DNA from: a virus
Direction: 5' to 3' (one strand)
DNA length: 46,885 nt
Virus record (IMG/VR): IMGVR_UViG_3300028920_000011
Coordinates: 1-46,885 of that record
A program made the position numbers and the translations under genes. Below, in pieces: positions 34,793-42,783 of the stretch (position 1 is the first letter of the stretch; each line of letters starts with the position of its first letter). The notes under the pieces are model-generated. The model was given only the letters and a program-made list of their open reading frames with translations, did no database searches and was not told the origin of the DNA.

Positions 34793-35244
34793 TGTCTGAG
34801 TTGCACCGAGTTATAGGCGCGATGCAAGAGCGCATCGATTGGCTGGAGCAACAAATCTCGCGCATCGTGGTTAGGTCGTCAACGTGTGGCGGGCCCGGCG
34901 CAACCCGCTTCTTTATCGTTGACACGGAATCTGATTTGTCCAGCCTATCAGCCAACGAGGGGTATACCGCATTCGTCAAGGACACGGACAAATACTACTA
35001 CTACGACGGCGATAGCTGGGAGGAGGACGTTAGTAGACTTACCCCGTCATCTATCCAGTTGACTAACGAGGCTGGAACGTCGGCACGCAAAGCACCCATC
35101 GACCACAAGCACGGCATGGAAGACCGGTTCTCCGATGACAATCCAGAGAACACCGGCACGACCGCATCGCCTGGCACGGGCGAGGAATGGTCCCGCGATG
35201 ACCATGTGCATGTGGCATGCTACGGTAACTATTCTGGCAGCTAG
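34792..35244 (+). CDS. Tail-fibre-associated protein.
   Basis: GTG at 34792 overlaps the upstream TAG by 1 nt (the track start at 34768 is in the same frame). Two copies of a G-T-S/G...DH-x-H pattern are present (NEAGTSARKAPIDHKHG and SPGTGEEWSRDDHVH). This pattern is common in phage fibre proteins. Confidence 0.45.
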   Translation: MSELHRVIGAMQERIDWLEQQISRIVVRSSTCGGPGATRFFIVDTESDLSSLSANEGYTAFVKDTDKYYYYDGDSWEEDVSRLTPSSIQLTNEAGTSARKAPIDHKHGMEDRFSDDNPENTGTTASPGTGEEWSRDDHVHVACYGNYSGS

Positions 35245-35247
35245 ACT

Positions 35248-36702
35248 ATGGCAAACCCGAACGATTGGGCGGAACAGCGTATTAGCGGCGGCGATTATAC
35301 CGACCTGATGCGCCGCATCAACGCCCTGGAAGACGACTGGGCAGGCGTTGTCGAGGACACGTCTATCCGAGAGCAATACGACTATTTTGCAGGCAGCACT
35401 GGTGGTGCTATGCGATTCCTGTATGATGGTGGTAGTTATGGTTATTTTGTCACAATATGGGATGACAACACGAATGGATATTGTAGTTGTTGGGACAAGT
35501 CCGATGGTTCCGAGTCATGGAAATACACACTAGGAACGGTTGCCAATGGGTTTGAGCCGCGCTCCCTGTGCGTTGACGATTCGGACAACATTTATATATA
35601 CGTCAACGGCCCCATCGCCGGCAGCGACGACCGGCTGATAGTGCTCGATGAGGACGGGAACAAGTTGCGTGATTTCGGCGCGCCACCAACGCCAGACCCG
35701 GATGATGTTGGTATCTACTCTATCCCCTGCATGGCGTGGAATCCAAACGACGGCTATCTATACCTATATCGGTATGCCGCAGTGGGCGGAAGCGATATCC
35801 TCGTATACTCAACGACTGGCACGTACATTAGACAGCATAATTCTGTGCAGCCATCCGGGTTCAATGCGGGCGGCATGGCATGCGATTCGGCTGGGCGCAT
35901 TTGGTATCACGGCGGCGGGAGATATCTGTATGGGTACAATACGTCGCCATCCTTTAGCTATATCGGTTCCAGCAATTTCCAGCGTGAAGGCATTATGGCG
36001 CAGGTATACGGTTGCGAGAACGACGCGGCAACGCTTAGCATGCATTATGACCGCGCCAACGGGATGATGTGTGTTGCCGCCGAATACGCGTTCAGCGAGG
36101 CGGAAACCGGATATGGTCTTTTCGAGATCTTCCCGGCGACCGGCAAGGTGCGTTGGTTTGCGTTGTTCCCCGACACCAGTTATGCCGCCGTGACCGGTAT
36201 GGATGTTGACCCATCGGGCGACGACCCAGTTTGGTATTGCGTAACGCCGGCATGGGACGGCGAGGCCGTCGGCGACCCCGATTACTGGATACGCGCCCTG
36301 ACGCGGGATTCGCAAACAGAGTCCCGCTACTATGATGGCGCCACCACGCATTCTTTTGGCACGCCAGACGGAGGGGTTAGTATCCCAGCGCTGGACGGTA
36401 TTGACGGCGAACCGATTGTCCCATATGCGTTGATACAAATCCGAGACGCCATCGAGGAATTGAGCAACCACGTGGGCGACCCGTCCGAGGATGATGTCCT
36501 CAGCATGCAACAAACATCCGCGGGATATGCCAATCTGCTAGAGCTAGCTGTACCAGACAGGTCTGTCTACGGGGCCACCGGTTCAGCCACTCGTCGCAGC
36601 TGGACTGTTTCCAGCGGCAACCTGCCGGGCAACCCAATCTATGACATTGACATCGGCGAAGTAGCCGATTGCGTCGATTACATTGAGGATGCGACAGCAT
36701 GA
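35248..36702 (+). CDS. Putative receptor-binding or tail-spike protein (beta-propeller-like repeats).
   Basis: 484 aa with recurring aromatic beta motifs (IYIYVNG, YLYLYRY, WYHGGGRYLYGY). It is the last gene of the tail module. Confidence 0.4.
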   Translation: MANPNDWAEQRISGGDYTDLMRRINALEDDWAGVVEDTSIREQYDYFAGSTGGAMRFLYDGGSYGYFVTIWDDNTNGYCSCWDKSDGSESWKYTLGTVANGFEPRSLCVDDSDNIYIYVNGPIAGSDDRLIVLDEDGNKLRDFGAPPTPDPDDVGIYSIPCMAWNPNDGYLYLYRYAAVGGSDILVYSTTGTYIRQHNSVQPSGFNAGGMACDSAGRIWYHGGGRYLYGYNTSPSFSYIGSSNFQREGIMAQVYGCENDAATLSMHYDRANGMMCVAAEYAFSEAETGYGLFEIFPATGKVRWFALFPDTSYAAVTGMDVDPSGDDPVWYCVTPAWDGEAVGDPDYWIRALTRDSQTESRYYDGATTHSFGTPDGGVSIPALDGIDGEPIVPYALIQIRDAIEELSNHVGDPSEDDVLSMQQTSAGYANLLELAVPDRSVYGATGSATRRSWTVSSGNLPGNPIYDIDIGEVADCVDYIEDATA

Positions 36703-36711
36703 GGAAGCCCA

Positions 36712-36740
36712 TTGACAATTTGCGCCGGTTGTGATATTAT
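36712..36740 (+). promoter_or_regulatory. Near-consensus promoter TTGACA-17-(TGa)TATTAT heading the lysis module.
   Basis: TTGACA at 36712..36717, a 17-nt spacer ending in TGa (extended -10), and TATTAT at 36735..36740. Confidence 0.65.
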
Positions 36741-36764
36741 GCAATTGGATTGGAGATTTACACA

Positions 36765-37121
36765 ATGCCCAATCTTGGCGAGACAGCACAGGAAGCCGCA
36801 GACATCTTGACGGGGCAACGACTTACAGAGTACGGCGACCCGATAGACAACGCCACGCACGCCGCCAAGGTATTCAACGCCATCACGGGCAAGTGTTTGC
36901 AGCCCGAGGACATGGTGCTGGCCATGATGGCGTGGAAGTTTGCCAGAGAGATGAACGGCACCAAGGCAGACAACATCGTGGACCTGTGCGGGTATGCAGA
37001 CATCTGGGCGTACATGCGCAACGGCGACAACGAGGTGCCGCATTTTGATGTGCCTATCCGAGTGCCTGTTAATCCTGTTGACGACCGCGAGTTGTGCGGC
37101 TCGTGTAAAGGGGACGATTGA
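36765..37121 (+). CDS. Hypothetical protein (pattern recalls phage DUF6378-type proteins).
   Basis: GGAG lies 9 nt upstream of ATG 36765. The segment QRLTEYGDP...MVLAMMAWKFAREMNGTKADNIVDLCGYA is present. Confidence 0.4.
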   Translation: MPNLGETAQEAADILTGQRLTEYGDPIDNATHAAKVFNAITGKCLQPEDMVLAMMAWKFAREMNGTKADNIVDLCGYADIWAYMRNGDNEVPHFDVPIRVPVNPVDDRELCGSCKGDD

Positions 37122-37122
37122 T

Positions 37123-37506
37123 ATGGGCGACCTAACCAAGGATTTCTCTCGCTGGGAGTTGCAATGCCGGTGCGGTTGCGGCCTGTTCGTTGAGTCCGAC
37201 GAATTCCTGGAACTCCTCCAGGGGTTGCGCGACTACATGGGTGTGCCGATATTCCCGACCTGTGGGACCCGGTGTGCGAAACACAATGGCGAGTTGCCCG
37301 GCGCAAGCCCAAACTCGTTGCACCTTGAAGGCCGCGCCGCTGACATTTTTGCCGATGGGATTTCGGGGTGCGACCTATATGGGCATGCCGATGAATTTCT
37401 TGTAGCCCATTTCAACGACCGGGGCGGACTGGCATACTACCCGCACCGGGGCCACGTCCACATCGACAGCAGACATACGCGGTGGCGCGACCCCAATCGC
37501 GGTTGA
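37123..37506 (+). CDS. Peptidase M15 (zinc D-Ala-D-Ala carboxypeptidase-like) endolysin.
   Basis: TCGTRCAKHNGELPGASPNSLHLEGRAADIF and GHVHID are M15A-type His/Asp metal ligands. Confidence 0.8.
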   Translation: MGDLTKDFSRWELQCRCGCGLFVESDEFLELLQGLRDYMGVPIFPTCGTRCAKHNGELPGASPNSLHLEGRAADIFADGISGCDLYGHADEFLVAHFNDRGGLAYYPHRGHVHIDSRHTRWRDPNRG

Positions 37507-37640
37507 CAGGAGGTAATATGCGATGACATGGGGCACTGTTTGCAAGTGGAGCGCACGGGTTGTTGTGCCGTTTGTGTGGGGGCGCGTCAAGAAACGCGTG
37601 CGTGCGTACATTGAGAGAAAGAAGGCGGAGACTAGCGACA

Positions 37641-38285
37641 ATGCATCGTGACTACCCGCGCATCGATTACGACCTGTGCCGGTTGCGCATGCAACCCGGT
37701 GACGTGGTGGCGTTTGACGCGCCAGGTTTCGTTTCTACACTTATTCGTTGGGGTACCTGGTCACACGTGTCGCATGTCGGGCTAATCACGCATGCCGAGC
37801 CGGCAGACGATGACCCGCATTTTCACCGCGTGATGGTGACAGATAGCACGCAGATTGGTGACCGCAATGGCGTGCAGACAAACCCCTTCGGTGATGTGTT
37901 GGACCTGTACGCGAAACGCGGCGGGCGCGTGTGGTGGTTACCGTTGGCGAAGGATGTGCGAGCGCGGCTCAACGAGGATGCGCTCGGCGCCTACCTGGCA
38001 GAGGTGGACGGCGCGAAGTATGACTTATGGCAGTGCATCAAGGCCGGCGTCTATACCCTGTTTGGGCGCAACCTGACACCCACCGCCGAAGGGAGCAAGC
38101 GGGTGTTTTGCAGCGAGTTTGCCGCTCGCGCACTGGAACGTGCGGGCGCGTATGATTGGCAACAGAACACTAGCCTAATCACGCCGGCCGCGATGGTGCG
38201 CACGCCCGGTCTGTACGGTCCTGAGTACGCGCAACTGATGGGCAGCCCGATGGAGTTGCCGGGGTTTCGTGGCTGCGAATCGTAA
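37641..38285 (+). CDS. Permuted papain-fold (YiiX/NlpC-P60-like) amidase.
   Basis: WSHVSHVGLI (His region) lies upstream of VFCSEFAARALERAG (Cys region), giving the permuted order typical of the C92/YiiX family. The start is trimmed to ATG 37641. Confidence 0.5.
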   Translation: MHRDYPRIDYDLCRLRMQPGDVVAFDAPGFVSTLIRWGTWSHVSHVGLITHAEPADDDPHFHRVMVTDSTQIGDRNGVQTNPFGDVLDLYAKRGGRVWWLPLAKDVRARLNEDALGAYLAEVDGAKYDLWQCIKAGVYTLFGRNLTPTAEGSKRVFCSEFAARALERAGAYDWQQNTSLITPAAMVRTPGLYGPEYAQLMGSPMELPGFRGCES

Positions 38286-38297
38286 AGGGGTTACGCA

Positions 38298-38675
38298 ATG
38301 AGCATTTTGAGCAGGTGGTTCGGCAAGCGCAAGGACGACGCGGTGGCCGTCGGCAAAACCTATGATGTGGTACGCACAAACGTCGGGGGCGAGTCGGACG
38401 CACTGCGCATCACGAGGAAGTTTTCCCCGCAGGTAGGCAGGTCGAAAGCCACCAAGGCGGGCGGCGCGGTGGCGGGCGCTGGCTTTGTTGTGTTACTGCC
38501 CAAGATTGTTAGGGCGTTCAATGCAGACCTGTTACCATGGGGCGAGTCGCAGGACACCGAGGCGGGCGGCATCATCGTCGCGTTCTGGGCATTGGTGGTT
38601 AGCATCTGGCGATACCACCGAAACAAACGCAAGGTTGAGCAGTCCGAAGAATACATCATGCTGCCGGAGGATTGA
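38298..38675 (+). CDS. Membrane protein, holin candidate.
   Basis: Two hydrophobic segments (GGAVAGAGFVVLLPKIV and GGIIVAFWALVVSIW) and a charged C-terminus. It lies adjacent to the hydrolases. Confidence 0.4.
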   Translation: MSILSRWFGKRKDDAVAVGKTYDVVRTNVGGESDALRITRKFSPQVGRSKATKAGGAVAGAGFVVLLPKIVRAFNADLLPWGESQDTEAGGIIVAFWALVVSIWRYHRNKRKVEQSEEYIMLPED

Positions 38676-38677
38676 GG

Positions 38678-38977
38678 ATGCCCAAGCATTTCGACCTGCC
38701 CGAGTACATCCTCGAAGAGTTGGTGCCCGAGGACGCCGTCAACCTGCGCAAAATCATTAGGCGTGCACACGAGTTGATGCCCGGCGCGGCGATTGTGCTT
38801 GACGTTGCGGGCCGTCCTGGCGAGGGGCATTACGTGCGCATCCTAATGTGCATGCCCGACTGGGACAATGCGACCGAAGACGAGCAGGGCGACTGGCAGG
38901 ACGTTGTTGAGTGGTGGTACAACGCGCCCTATGACCATCGGTTGTTTTCCGTCGAAGCGAGGCACCTTGTGCTATGA
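38678..38977 (+). CDS. Hypothetical protein (99 aa).
   Basis: GGAGG lies 7 nt upstream of ATG 38678. The track start at 38672 is a TTG. Confidence 0.5.
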   Translation: MPKHFDLPEYILEELVPEDAVNLRKIIRRAHELMPGAAIVLDVAGRPGEGHYVRILMCMPDWDNATEDEQGDWQDVVEWWYNAPYDHRLFSVEARHLVL

Positions 38978-39426
38978 TGGGGAGACGGCCAGGCGAGAGC
39001 GTAAGACCCGCGGTGTTTCGCGCCATCTTGGTGGCTAGCGCCTGCCTGTTTCTTGTAGCGTGCCAAACCCCACACGCATCATACTACCGCGCCGACCGCG
39101 ACCCCGAGACGGGGCAGATGGTAATCACGACCTGTGAGCACATCGAGACGGCGGGCAAGGTGCAGGCGACATTCGCAAGTGGCGCATCGTGCGAACCGAT
39201 GGGGAATGGCATCAAGGACTTGGCGGCCAGAATCTGGAACGGGATCAAGGGCGGCGCGGAAGCGTACCGCAACGTGCAGGAGGGTCAGTTCTGGGGCGAA
39301 GCCGATGCGGGGGACCTCGCTGACCAAACCTACATCACCATCACGCAGGAGCCGGAAGCCCAACGGGCCGAAGCAGAAGCACAAGAGAAACTCCGTAAGC
39401 ACATGGAAAAAATGCTTGGTTTATAA
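38974..39426 (+). CDS. Lipoprotein, spanin candidate.
   Basis: ATGA coupling. The signal has a lipobox, LFLVAC. The C-terminal half is helical and charged. Confidence 0.5.
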   Translation: MMGRRPGESVRPAVFRAILVASACLFLVACQTPHASYYRADRDPETGQMVITTCEHIETAGKVQATFASGASCEPMGNGIKDLAARIWNGIKGGAEAYRNVQEGQFWGEADAGDLADQTYITITQEPEAQRAEAEAQEKLRKHMEKMLGL

Positions 39427-39438
39427 GGAGGCATCATC

Positions 39439-40557
39439 GTGCCGTTGCCCATCCCGCCCGAAGTTCTGATAGAACGCATCCAAATCCAGGCCGCCGAGCA
39501 GGACGGCAAACCCCCGACATGCAAGGCGTTCAGAACGCGTTGGCACAGCATGCCGTGCGCTACCGTCAAAAGGCTGGGCGGATGGACGGCGCTGGTTGAG
39601 CGAGCCCTGTCGTCTGAGCCGGTCGCAAATGGCGACCACCCGCACGAGGGTACACCCAATTGGCGCGAATGGGCCAACGCAGCCGAGCAGATGCAGTCAT
39701 TACAGGACCGCGCATTCAACACACCACAATACCGCGAGTTGGGCAACAGGGACCTGGACGCGCCGCAAGTGGTGATGTTCACGTCGTGCTGGCATCTTGG
39801 CGCCAAGGAATGTAGATACGATTGGTTCCGCCAAACGCATGACTACCTGTGCGCACTGCCCAAGGACCGCGTCAAGGAAATCGTGCTGGGTGATTACATC
39901 GAGAACACGTGGTGCTCATTCCGGTCTGCCCGCGCAGTGTTCGACCAGACCATCCCGCCGCAGTTTCAGCGTGACATGTTGCGCAGCATTCTTGAGGAGC
40001 GGAAAGACTACATTGCCGCGGCAACATGGGGCAACCATTGCGTCATACGCGACGAGGCGCAGCGCGGATGGTCGGATGTGGCCGTGATGTTGAATAACCA
40101 CGTGCCGTATTTCGACGGCAAAGGCTGGCTGGACTGGTGGGTGGGCGGACAGAAATACAGGATGTATTTGACCCACATCGGGAAAGGCGGAAGCATTTAT
40201 CACCCGTTCCAGGACCTGTTACGCGCCGTTCGTGAGGAGACCCATTTCGACATTGGCGCAAGCGGCCACGTCCACAACCCTGGCGCAATGTGGTTTGTGC
40301 CGGCAACAGAACCGGACGGCCGCCCGGTCGATACGGTGCTAATCAAGGCGGGCGCATTCAAACCAAACGACATCTACAGCACCAGGCATTTCAAGCCGGG
40401 CGTGCTAATGCTTCCCTCGGTGGTGTTGATGCCCGATAGGCATGAAGTGGTTGGGCCGTTCCAGTGGCTGCACCAGGCGCTGGAATACGCCGGAATCAAG
40501 GCGCCAAAACCCAAACCCAAAATCTATGACCTCAGCAAGGATGCTGGGCTAGACTAG
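39439..40557 (+). CDS. Calcineurin-like metallophosphoesterase-domain protein with an extra N-terminal domain.
   Basis: GTG start after AAGGAGG. Ordered motifs are LGDYIEN (GD), WGNHC (GNH) and ASGHVHNPG (GHxH). The first DxH motif is degenerate (SCWHLG). Confidence 0.5.
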   Translation: MPLPIPPEVLIERIQIQAAEQDGKPPTCKAFRTRWHSMPCATVKRLGGWTALVERALSSEPVANGDHPHEGTPNWREWANAAEQMQSLQDRAFNTPQYRELGNRDLDAPQVVMFTSCWHLGAKECRYDWFRQTHDYLCALPKDRVKEIVLGDYIENTWCSFRSARAVFDQTIPPQFQRDMLRSILEERKDYIAAATWGNHCVIRDEAQRGWSDVAVMLNNHVPYFDGKGWLDWWVGGQKYRMYLTHIGKGGSIYHPFQDLLRAVREETHFDIGASGHVHNPGAMWFVPATEPDGRPVDTVLIKAGAFKPNDIYSTRHFKPGVLMLPSVVLMPDRHEVVGPFQWLHQALEYAGIKAPKPKPKIYDLSKDAGLD

Positions 40558-40673
40558 GCGCCCCGTTCCCAGTCAATGACCGATTTCTCTGGGCTTTCTT
40601 GTCCACCCCCGTCTACTCTCCCTATGTATAGGTATTGCCCGCATGCCGTTTGGTCCGGAATCAATTGTCTGTG

Positions 40674-40994
40674 TTATTGATTCGTGCTAGATTTCGATTT
40701 CCTGCCTGCCTGCATCGCGGCAATGTGCTCGGGCGACAGCGTTTTGCTGCGTGAGCCGACCTTCTGGCCAAGTCGCCGGCGGGCATCTTTCGACGCATCG
40801 GTGGTGCGCCATGGCCATAGCGGACAATCCGTGATGTTGCACTCCTTCACCTTGGACTGCAACCCGCAGCAACATTCCATGCATTTGTATTTGATTGCCC
40901 GCGTTTTGTCCAGGGGTTTGTCCTCGGCGAAATCAAACCCCGTCAACGTGTTGTGCATCTTGCCGGCCTTTTTGAGTTTCGGCATGTCACCCAA
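40674..40994 (-). CDS. Small Cys-rich (Zn-ribbon-like) basic protein.
   Basis: KYKCMECCCGLQSKVKECNITDCPLWPWR, with a basic tail. It is the last gene of the leftward block. Confidence 0.55.
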   Translation of the reverse strand: MGDMPKLKKAGKMHNTLTGFDFAEDKPLDKTRAIKYKCMECCCGLQSKVKECNITDCPLWPWRTTDASKDARRRLGQKVGSRSKTLSPEHIAAMQAGRKSKSSTNQ

Positions 40995-41088
40995 CCCTCC
41001 TAATCATCGCCACATACACGACCGCCGCGACAAACACGATGCCAATCGGCAGACGGAACGGTTCTAGCCACCACGGCCAACTAGTCAT
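40987..41088 (-). CDS. Tiny membrane protein (33 aa).
   Basis: Translation is MTSWPWWLEPFRLPIGIVFVAAVVYVAMIRRVG. It overlaps both neighbours by 8 nt. Confidence 0.4.
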   Translation of the reverse strand: MTSWPWWLEPFRLPIGIVFVAAVVYVAMIRRVG

Positions 41089-41833
41089 TATTTGCCATCC
41101 TTTCGCGTGCGGCAAAGTACTCGCGCAGACAGTTGCCGCAATATCGGCATGCCGTTGACCCGCGCTCGCCTTCGATGTGCCCACACGAGTAGACGAGTAC
41201 ATTGTGACGATAGTGCCACATAATATCATGGAACGCACCTGTCGAGATGGCCCAGTAGTCGTTTGACGTGCGTTTGCGGTGCAGATATCTGCACCGATGC
41301 GTCGGCGGTATCGACCCGCGCGAATGGTACGCCATGAACGTCAAGACAACGGGCACGCCGCGGCTAGTGTAATAATCAATAGCCGGATCGACTACCCCGT
41401 CGATGTTCCATGTATTTGTCCTGACCCGCACAAACATCAATTGCGGCGGTGCCGATTCGAGCAATCCCAGGCTGTACCATGCACGATCTGTCATGTCGCC
41501 TGGATTGACCGTCCACACTACTGGCGCGGGCAGGCCGGGAAACAACTCTGGTGCGTTAGCGCACGTGTTGTAGAACCTGAGAGGATACTGTTTAGTGGCA
41601 GACAACACCGTCTCGGCGTCCAGTAGACTGTCGTTGCCGTCGTTTACACGCACCACGCGATGGCCCACCTGCTCCAATGTCGGCATATTGGGCGTGTTTT
41701 CGCCCAGCGGTTCCAGGTACGACCGGCCAGACTGAAAAAAACAGTCCGCGCACGCATGGGCGCACCTGCCGTGTTGCGGGATACAACATAAAATACCGCT
41801 TCCTTTTGTTTTGGGATTCTCGATGTAACCCAT
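41081..41833 (-). CDS. Cys-rich putative Fe-S (radical-SAM-like CX3CX2C) enzyme.
   Basis: GAAGGAGG RBS. GRCAHACADCFF (C-x3-C-x2-C) lies near the N-terminus and a CRYCGNC cluster lies near the C-terminus. No clear GGE SAM motif was seen. Confidence 0.4.
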   Translation of the reverse strand: MGYIENPKTKGSGILCCIPQHGRCAHACADCFFQSGRSYLEPLGENTPNMPTLEQVGHRVVRVNDGNDSLLDAETVLSATKQYPLRFYNTCANAPELFPGLPAPVVWTVNPGDMTDRAWYSLGLLESAPPQLMFVRVRTNTWNIDGVVDPAIDYYTSRGVPVVLTFMAYHSRGSIPPTHRCRYLHRKRTSNDYWAISTGAFHDIMWHYRHNVLVYSCGHIEGERGSTACRYCGNCLREYFAARERMANND

Positions 41834-42783
41834 CACGTCACCTCCTTCACTGCGTCAAGTTCTTGCTGGCCGTAGTTGTCGCGCTCGCGTACCGCGCGCC
41901 GCAGGTTCTTGACCGCCACGCGGAAGTAGGATTCCTTCAGTTCGATGCCGGTGAATTTGCGCCCGCGTTTCAACGCGCCATACCCTTCGCTGCCGATGCC
42001 CATGAACGGAGATAACACCCTGTCGCCGGGTGCGCTCCACAGTTGCACGCACCGGTCTATCACATCCAGTTGCAACGGGCACACGTGTTTCTCGTCCTCG
42101 TCCTCGCGCGCGTCGCGATAGTTGTCCAACACGTTCGTCTCGCGGATGCCGTTGGGGTATTTGTCCGATTGCCGGTGCCACACGGGCGACGCCCACTCGA
42201 TCCAATCCTCGGCGGTTATCCACCCATCGAGATTGTCATACCGCTCGCTCACGCCGGCCTTGATCGGGATTGGGTTGTCGCCGGGCTTACGGAACTGCAC
42301 CACGTAGTCGGCGAGCGCCATGTGCATGTTGGCGCTATCTTTTGCCAGCGTCTTGAATAGAAGCCCTTGGTCTTTCGTGCGAATCGCCTTAACCTGCGGG
42401 TCTTTCTCGATGCACACCTCGCCGTAATAGACAAATCCTGCATCCTCCATGGCGGCAATTATCGCGCCCCGAAAGTCCTTGACGCCAATGTAGCCGTCAA
42501 GGTATTGGAACGCGACGCCCTGGCATAGGTGCACACAACACGACCGTCCCGGCATCAACGCGCGCAGCAACGACGGGATCAAGAACCGATAGTGCTCTAT
42601 CATCTCGTCTTGGCTCTTGACGTTGCCCATGTCTTCTGCCATGTCGGTGTACGCGTACATGCCGGGAAACGGCGGGGAGAACAGTTCCAGTCCGATAGAC
42701 TCATCGGGCACGCGGTCCATCAAGACAACGCTGTCTCCGCAGTACGCCGTGAAATCGCCGGTGATTACTTCGGTATCGTTCAT
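41833..42783 (-). CDS. Beta-class DNA methyltransferase (N4-cytosine or N6-adenine).
   Basis: Motif IV FSPPFPGMY precedes motif I LSPFMGIGSEG. The start at 42783 is ATGA-coupled to the helicase gene and follows GGAGGAGG. Confidence 0.85.
   Translation of the reverse strand: MNDTEVITGDFTAYCGDSVVLMDRVPDESIGLELFSPPFPGMYAYTDMAEDMGNVKSQDEMIEHYRFLIPSLLRALMPGRSCCVHLCQGVAFQYLDGYIGVKDFRGAIIAAMEDAGFVYYGEVCIEKDPQVKAIRTKDQGLLFKTLAKDSANMHMALADYVVQFRKPGDNPIPIKAGVSERYDNLDGWITAEDWIEWASPVWHRQSDKYPNGIRETNVLDNYRDAREDEDEKHVCPLQLDVIDRCVQLWSAPGDRVLSPFMGIGSEGYGALKRGRKFTGIELKESYFRVAVKNLRRAVRERDNYGQQELDAVKEVT

Noticed and set aside
37523-37651. 42-codon ORF (MTWGTVCKWSARVVVPFVWGRVKKRVRAYIERKKAETSDNAS) between the two hydrolase genes, downstream of CAGGAGG.
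   Set aside because: It is plausible, given the good RBS and its overlap with the next start. However, it is very short, has no recognisable features, and could simply be leader sequence of the amidase gene. It is mentioned only within the lysis-module finding.
40558-40683. Bidirectional terminator expected where the two convergent blocks meet. The hairpin GAATCAAT-(10 nt)-ATTGATTC lies at 40658..40683.
   Set aside because: The stem is AT-rich and weak, it overlaps the stop codon of the 40674 gene, and it has no flanking U-tract on either strand. No convincing intrinsic terminator could be read in this gap.
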